Assembly (NCBI GenBank): GCA_963674705.1 | Contig: OY771506.1 | Span: 1,536,001-1,600,000 of the forward strand | DNA: 64,000 nucleotides | Direction of reading: 5' to 3' | Source of the DNA: Phycisphaeraceae bacterium | GTDB taxonomy: Bacteria; Planctomycetota; Phycisphaerae; Phycisphaerales; Phycisphaeraceae | In this document: positions 58,324 through 64,000 of the stretch, in pieces | Layout: every line of letters begins with the position of its first letter | Numbering within the stretch: the stretch's first letter is position 1 | Notes under the pieces: generated by a model | What the model saw: only the letters and a program-made list of their open reading frames with translations | Databases searched by the model: none | What the model was told of the DNA's origin: nothing | Position numbers and translations under genes: made by a program

Positions 58324-60636
58324 ATGACCGCGTTCAGCACCCTCATCAATGTTTTTGTACATAAACGGTTCTCACGCCGTGAGGGATACCTCCGGACCCT
58401 CATGGCGGCGGGGAGCCAACGTTTGGGTTCAACACTAGGCGCATTGTTGGTGTGTGCGCTGAGTTTGGTATGTGCAAATCCGGCGCCGGCTGTTCCCGCG
58501 GTCGAAGACATCGTGATGTACGAGGTCAACCTTCGTGCTTTCAGTGATGCGGGTAATCTGGCGGGTGTCACCGCACGACTCGACGATATCCAATCGCTCG
58601 GTGCCAATGTCATCTGGCTAATGCCCATCCATCCGATCGGACAGATCAACAGTGCCGGCGGATTGGGTTCCCCTTACTCTGTAGCAAACTACACGCAGGT
58701 CAGTAGCGAGTACGGCACGCTTTCCGACCTGACCACACTCGTCGACCAGGCCCATCAGCGCGGCATGTATGTTGTCATGGATTGGGTCGCCAACCACACC
58801 GCGTGGGACAATCCCTGGATCGCCAACACCGATTGGTACACACAAAACGCGCAGGGTGAAATCATTTCTCCTGCGGGCACGGGCTGGAATGATGTAGCAG
58901 ATCTGAACTACGACAATACCGACATGCGCGCCGCGATGGTCAGCGCGATGCAGTACTGGGTTACCGAGGTCGGTATCGATGGCTACCGCGCCGATGCGGC
59001 CGACTTCGTGCCCTACGACTTCTGGCAGGACGCGATCGCTTCCGTGCGTGTCAGCACGACGCGCGACCTGCTCATGCTTGCTGAAGGTGCACGAAGTGAC
59101 CACTACGCTGCGGGTTTCGACATGACCTACGGCTGGGACTTCTACGGCACGGTACAGAACGTGTTCAATTCGTCTGCATCAGCAACGGCGCTCTATCAAA
59201 GGTACGTCAATGAGTTTTCATCCGTACCGACGGGCTCGGGTATCCTGCAATTTACCACCAATCATGATGAGAGCGCGTGGGACGCAACACCCGTCGAACT
59301 GTTCGGCAGTCTCGAAGCCTCGCTCGCCGCGTACGCTGTCACCGTTGCTTACGGCGGCACACCGCTTGTCTATAACGGCCAGGAAATCGGCTGGGAAGAT
59401 AACATCCCCTTCTTCACCAAGGCTCCGCTCGACTGGGACACCGGCCAGACAACCGAGCAGTGGTACACGCAATTACTGAACGCCCGCGCCGATCATGCCG
59501 CACTTCGGCAAGGAGACATCAGCGATCAGAGCACCAGCAATGTCGCATTTCTTGTGCGCGAATATGAGGGCGACCAGGTGCTTGTCATGGTTAATACTCG
59601 TAATTCATCGCAACAGGTGCAGGTCCCCGTTTCGCTTCAAGGCAGTTGGAGCGATCTACTTGCCAATCAGGCGGCGACGTTAAGCGCTACACGCACACTC
59701 GCACCATATGAAGTGGTTATCCTCGGCAAGACCGTCGTGCCCGCGTTTGTTGTTGCGGGTGAATTACAGACAGAGCAAGGCGATCCTGCCGACTGGGACC
59801 CGGTTAATAGCTCGCTGATCATGGTCGAAGCCGGCGGTATTCACAGCGTTACGGTGAACAACCTTGTCAATGGCGTCGCCTACGACTTCAAGGTAGTCAA
59901 CGATCAAGGCTCGCCCCCCGCCGAGTGGGGTGACCCGGAGATTACGCCGAACCAACTCACCGTCATAGGAGATGCCGACGGCTCAATTACGATCACCGTC
60001 GACACGAATAGCATCAACAACATTGGTGAGTATGCAACGTGGATCAACTTTGATAACGCCCCCTTGCAAGTTGTCGGCGACTTCATGATAGAAGCCGGCG
60101 GCGCAGCCGATTGGGACCCTTACGATGATGCTTTCAACATGACCGATCAGGGCGATGGTTACTACACTTTCGACGCTGTCATCAGCACGCCCGGCATCTA
60201 TCAGTTCAAAGCCACTTTCGGCAACGGCTGGGACGACCAGGTTGGTATCGATGGCTTCAACAATGACGCGATCACCAAAGGCTTCGAGATCACCGAGGCG
60301 GATCAAAGCATCACGCTTTATGTTGATCTTGCCAGCCGTGAACTTGGTGTGTTGTTTGTCACTCTCGAAGGCGACCTCAACGGCGACGGCTTTGTTGGGC
60401 TCGACGATTTGGATATCGTCCTCGCCGCATGGAATCAGAGTGTTCCTCCTGCTAACAGTGCGGCCGATCCTTCAGGCGACGGCTTCGTAGGATTGGATGA
60501 TCTGGATATCGTGCTCAACCACTGGAACGAAGGCACACCGCCAACAAGTAATGTCAATATCCCCGAACCCGCTTCATTGATCTGTTTAACGACCTTGTCG
60601 GCGGTATTGTTACGACATACCAGGCAATCCGCTTAA
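58324..60636 (+). CDS. Secreted GH13 alpha-amylase with two X25-like domains, a dockerin-like module and PEP-CTERM
   Basis: DWVANH, DGYRAD, MLAE and TNHD; the same A-B domains as the upstream gene; IPEP tail. The start may be the ATG at 58402. Confidence 0.9.
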   Translation: MTAFSTLINVFVHKRFSRREGYLRTLMAAGSQRLGSTLGALLVCALSLVCANPAPAVPAVEDIVMYEVNLRAFSDAGNLAGVTARLDDIQSLGANVIWLMPIHPIGQINSAGGLGSPYSVANYTQVSSEYGTLSDLTTLVDQAHQRGMYVVMDWVANHTAWDNPWIANTDWYTQNAQGEIISPAGTGWNDVADLNYDNTDMRAAMVSAMQYWVTEVGIDGYRADAADFVPYDFWQDAIASVRVSTTRDLLMLAEGARSDHYAAGFDMTYGWDFYGTVQNVFNSSASATALYQRYVNEFSSVPTGSGILQFTTNHDESAWDATPVELFGSLEASLAAYAVTVAYGGTPLVYNGQEIGWEDNIPFFTKAPLDWDTGQTTEQWYTQLLNARADHAALRQGDISDQSTSNVAFLVREYEGDQVLVMVNTRNSSQQVQVPVSLQGSWSDLLANQAATLSATRTLAPYEVVILGKTVVPAFVVAGELQTEQGDPADWDPVNSSLIMVEAGGIHSVTVNNLVNGVAYDFKVVNDQGSPPAEWGDPEITPNQLTVIGDADGSITITVDTNSINNIGEYATWINFDNAPLQVVGDFMIEAGGAADWDPYDDAFNMTDQGDGYYTFDAVISTPGIYQFKATFGNGWDDQVGIDGFNNDAITKGFEITEADQSITLYVDLASRELGVLFVTLEGDLNGDGFVGLDDLDIVLAAWNQSVPPANSAADPSGDGFVGLDDLDIVLNHWNEGTPPTSNVNIPEPASLICLTTLSAVLLRHTRQSA

Positions 60637-60771
60637 ATATCACTTCTATTTAGTTCTTGCGAAAAACATCTGCGTAACAGACAATCTGTTGCGTTGCATA
60701 TATCGACCGCTTGCAGGGCAGGGAGCGGCGCACATCTATCATTCACTTGGTGGCTATTGGGAAGCGTCGGC

Positions 60772-62517
60772 ATGTCAGAACCGTTGGATGAGAAAACCTT
60801 ACTTGAACAAACCGAGGCGAAGCCTTTCATGGCGCGCATCCCGGTTTATCTGCGCTTGTCCGGGCCGGGCTTTCTTCAATCGGCGTGCACGATAGGTGGA
60901 GCGACGCTCGGCGCATCATTATTCCTTGGCGTGATGGTTGGCTATCAGGGTTTGTGGATACAACCCGTCGCAATGCTGCTCGGGTTGACGATGTTGACTG
61001 TGATTGTTTACATCACGCTGTCGACAGGTGAAAGGCCCTTCCGCGCGATCAATCGCCACATCAATCCGGTGCTTGGTTGGGGCTGGCTGATCGCGACGAT
61101 CGCCGCCAACATGATCTGGGGCTTACCGCAATATAACCTGGCCGCTGGGGCGCTGACACAAAACGTTTTGCCCGAACTGCTCGGGCCCGGCAAACCATTG
61201 GGCGGCGAAAGCGGTACACTCGGTATGGGTATCGCCTCGGGCCTTATGGCGGCGATGGCGGTGGCCGTCATTTGGTTCTACAAGGGACGAAGCGCCGGCG
61301 TTAAATTGTTTGAAGGTCTGATTAAACTCATCGTTGCGATGATCGTTCTGTGTTTTGTCATCATGGTCATCAAACTCGTGACAACCGGCGGTCTGCCCGT
61401 TGGCGAAGCCCTGGCGGGTTTCGTGCCTGATCCCAAACTTCTTTTCCAGCCTGCCGATGTTTACATGCCCGTGCTCGAACGTTGCGGTGAATCCGCCGGC
61501 TTCTGGCAGCATCGAATCGTTAACACCCAACGCGACATCATCTACGCATCCATCGCCTCGGCTGTCGGTGTGAACATGACGTTCCTGCTGCCCTACTCGA
61601 TCCTCGCACGCGGATGGGGAAAGGCCCACCGTACACTTGCCGGCTTCGACCTTTTTATGGGTTTGCTCCTGCCCTTCGCGTTCGTTACGTCCTGCCTGGT
61701 CATCGTCTCCGGCGCAGTTTTTCACGGCCATTACGACGAGCAGCACATCAATTACAGCTTTGTTCAACAAGGTATGGATGCAGCCAATCCGCAGTACCGC
61801 GCCAACCTGATCGCTGTGACTGAATCAACCATGGGCCGAGATGGATGGGCACAACTCGATGCGAACGGCAAAGCCGAATCGCTTGATGCAACACCACGTG
61901 CCGATCGCGAGATGGCGTCCATGCTGATCCGCCGGAGTGACAAAGACCTTTCAGCAACCCTCACCCAACTCTTCGGCACATCCATCGGGCGCATCATCTT
62001 TGGTATCGGCGTCTTCTTCGTCGCCCTTTCCACCGCAACTGTCTTGATGCTTATTAACGGATATGCGGTATGCGAGGCCCTCAACCGCGAACACACGGGC
62101 CTTACATGGCGCATCGGCTCGTTGCTACCGGTGGTTAGCGTGATCGGCCCATTCTTCTGGGGGCATATGGCGGCGTACCTTGTCGTACCAACGAGCATCA
62201 TCGGCCTGATGATGTTGCCCGTCGCGTTCTGGTCGTTCTTCCTGATGCTCAACAGCCGGTCGGTGTTGCGCGACGCCTGTCCGCGTGGGATCAAGGGGCT
62301 GTTGATCAACATTATCGTCGGCGCGATCACCATGCTGTTTACGGTCCTCAGCGTCTGGGCGATGTGGGGCAAAGCTGAGACTAAAGGCACCCCCGGGCGT
62401 GTCGGTTTAATACTAACACTATGTCTTTTACTAATTGCGGTGCTCGTTACGCATATCACCACTCACGCCCGGAGAAGCGGCGCAGACCGTGATCGCACAG
62501 CGGATACCGGCAGTTGA
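60772..62517 (+). CDS. Nramp/MntH-related (APC superfamily) transporter, substrate uncertain
   Basis: LSGPGFLQSACTIGGA, AVGVNMTFLLPY and about 11-12 TM helices. No DPGN motif. Confidence 0.75.
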   Translation: MSEPLDEKTLLEQTEAKPFMARIPVYLRLSGPGFLQSACTIGGATLGASLFLGVMVGYQGLWIQPVAMLLGLTMLTVIVYITLSTGERPFRAINRHINPVLGWGWLIATIAANMIWGLPQYNLAAGALTQNVLPELLGPGKPLGGESGTLGMGIASGLMAAMAVAVIWFYKGRSAGVKLFEGLIKLIVAMIVLCFVIMVIKLVTTGGLPVGEALAGFVPDPKLLFQPADVYMPVLERCGESAGFWQHRIVNTQRDIIYASIASAVGVNMTFLLPYSILARGWGKAHRTLAGFDLFMGLLLPFAFVTSCLVIVSGAVFHGHYDEQHINYSFVQQGMDAANPQYRANLIAVTESTMGRDGWAQLDANGKAESLDATPRADREMASMLIRRSDKDLSATLTQLFGTSIGRIIFGIGVFFVALSTATVLMLINGYAVCEALNREHTGLTWRIGSLLPVVSVIGPFFWGHMAAYLVVPTSIIGLMMLPVAFWSFFLMLNSRSVLRDACPRGIKGLLINIIVGAITMLFTVLSVWAMWGKAETKGTPGRVGLILTLCLLLIAVLVTHITTHARRSGADRDRTADTGS

Positions 62518-62543
62518 CTATCCGCCGATCGTGGTACTATCAC

Positions 62544-63224
62544 TTACTGGTTTTCTTCCGTGGGAGCCGGTGGATTTGCTGCAGCCATGTCTTTGGTCAA
62601 GACGTCGATCTCATCCAGGATGGCGGTGATCTTCTCTTTGAGCTTGCTGCCTGATTCGTTGATCTGCTTGATAGTCGGGGCCGATGCCTTGACGCCGGAG
62701 GCGGACAGGTCATGTAGCAGATAGGCTTCAAGGTCATCGAGGTCTGCGACAAACGGCTGATAAGCCTCTTTTGCATCCGCAGCCGCTTCGTAGATTTTGT
62801 CAAAGTGGTCTTTCACGATTTCGGATTGCTGAGACGCAGCCTTGCGCAGCTGGGCGTTCTGCAGGGTTGCCAATTCCCTCTCCCAATTCTGGATGTGGAT
62901 GGCAGCATTGGTCCGCAGGTCTGCTATCCGTTTCGATGCTTCAATCGAACCCTCATGTGTCTGCCGTACTTCCTTCTGATAGGTCTTTAATGCCTTGTTC
63001 AGATCGGCTTCCGGCGCCTGCAGACCGTTGGCGGCCGCGATGGTTTGATCGACTTGCAGGTTGGCGGATTCCAGGTTGGACTTGAGATGCGAGATCGATT
63101 TAACCGCGCCGGATCGCTGCTCTGTTGATGTGATTGAACTGCAGGCCGTCAATCCTAACAGCATACACAGCAGCAATCCTGAAACATGCTCAAACCGATG
63201 GCGCAAAGACGATGCATATGACAT
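62544..63224 (-). CDS. Coiled-coil lipoprotein (DUF2959-like)
   Basis: Lipobox LTAC; helical body; YLLHDLSASGV. Confidence 0.7.
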   Translation of the reverse strand: MSYASSLRHRFEHVSGLLLCMLLGLTACSSITSTEQRSGAVKSISHLKSNLESANLQVDQTIAAANGLQAPEADLNKALKTYQKEVRQTHEGSIEASKRIADLRTNAAIHIQNWERELATLQNAQLRKAASQQSEIVKDHFDKIYEAAADAKEAYQPFVADLDDLEAYLLHDLSASGVKASAPTIKQINESGSKLKEKITAILDEIDVLTKDMAAANPPAPTEENQ

Positions 63225-63311
63225 ACTACATCCTTTCAAAATGATGTTGAATATCTGGTAGTTTGTAACTGATAGCCAACAGCCTACATGTATTGGCACA
63301 ACCGGAACCGG

Positions 63312-63560
63312 CTACATGCCTGATTTACGGGCCGTATCAAATTCTTTCTTTTTGATCTTGCTGACTTCCGAGTTCTGGATGGTGACTTTATTACCCGTTA
63401 CAGCATCCTTGAATTCTATCGATCCGCTGCGCTTTTTGATGTCCTTGGTGTAATACACTTTTCCCGTGCCCGGGTCTGAGACTTTGTAGTAGCTGGAGCA
63501 ACCGAGGGTCATCGTCGCGCAGACGGCTAACGTGGCTAGTAGTGTGATTCTGTGTTTCAT
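63312..63560 (-). CDS. Small lipoprotein
   Basis: Lipobox TLGC; YYKVSDPGTGKVYYT; RBS aagga. Confidence 0.8.
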   Translation of the reverse strand: MKHRITLLATLAVCATMTLGCSSYYKVSDPGTGKVYYTKDIKKRSGSIEFKDAVTGNKVTIQNSEVSKIKKKEFDTARKSGM

Positions 63561-63592
63561 GTGTATTTATCCTTTGACCTGACGATCGTGTT

Positions 63593-64000
63593 TCATTCCG
63601 GGAATATCTTCGACCAGTCTTTTGCCATGCTGATGATGATCCAGCCGCGTGCGTCGGCTTCATCCAGGCCGCGATCCAGCTTGCCTATGTGCGAATCGCG
63701 GTCGTAGGCGAATTCCCGATCAGCATCATCGTGGTGGACGAGAATGCCAAGGCGGGGTCCATCACCCGTGGTGGTGTATTCAAGCATCTGGAAGTCGCCA
63801 TCGGAGTTGCCCACCGCGATGATCGGGCGTCTGCCGATGTGTTGGTAGATCCCGACGGGTTTGCCTTCCTTGTCATCGACGAACAAACCCTTGGGTTGCT
63901 TGACGATCACCGGCACGCCGTTGCGGACTTCATAGATCGCTTCGATACTGCTGCCGACGACATGCTCGGGAGGTATGCCGTAGGCCTGCTCCGCGAATAC
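63593..64000 (-). CDS. HAD-superfamily hydrolase, 5'-truncated by the window edge
   Basis: The frame is open to the window end. YGIPPEHVVGS, RRPIIAVGNSDGDFQML and HHDDADREFAYD. Confidence 0.88.
   Translation of the reverse strand, partial: VFAEQAYGIPPEHVVGSSIEAIYEVRNGVPVIVKQPKGLFVDDKEGKPVGIYQHIGRRPIIAVGNSDGDFQMLEYTTTGDGPRLGILVHHDDADREFAYDRDSHIGKLDRGLDEADARGWIIISMAKDWSKIFPE

Overview
This 64 kb window is GC-rich bacterial DNA, most likely Planctomycetota (Phycisphaerae-like). That call is an inference from six PEP-CTERM proteins, dockerin-like GDLNGDGFVGLDDLDI repeats and two DUF1559-type prepilin-like proteins. 1-10 kb: a 5'-truncated GH94 phosphorylase, a GNAT acetyltransferase, a two-gene electron-transfer operon (Tat-FeS/NrfD HybA-HybB-like fusion plus a ~25-heme cytochrome with Trx-like and TPR tail) and a TIGR00300-like enzyme. 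10-16 kb: a decayed island next to tRNA-Asn, with a phage tape-measure fragment, an XRE regulator pair and a GIY-YIG pseudogene among 24-bp repeats. 16-30 kb: mixed housekeeping and accessory genes plus a candidate sRNA. 30-62.5 kb: two parallel polysaccharide loci. The first is a xylan-type LacI regulon with eight AAAACGTTTT-like operators. The second is a starch-type locus with a GntR/LacI-fold regulator. Each locus has a prepilin-like gene followed directly by a non-catalytic dockerin/PEP-CTERM gene, plus dockerin/PEP-CTERM-tailed hydrolases. This pilin-based 'PUL analogue' is the best candidate for a poorly described system. All family assignments come from reading motifs by eye; no searches were run.
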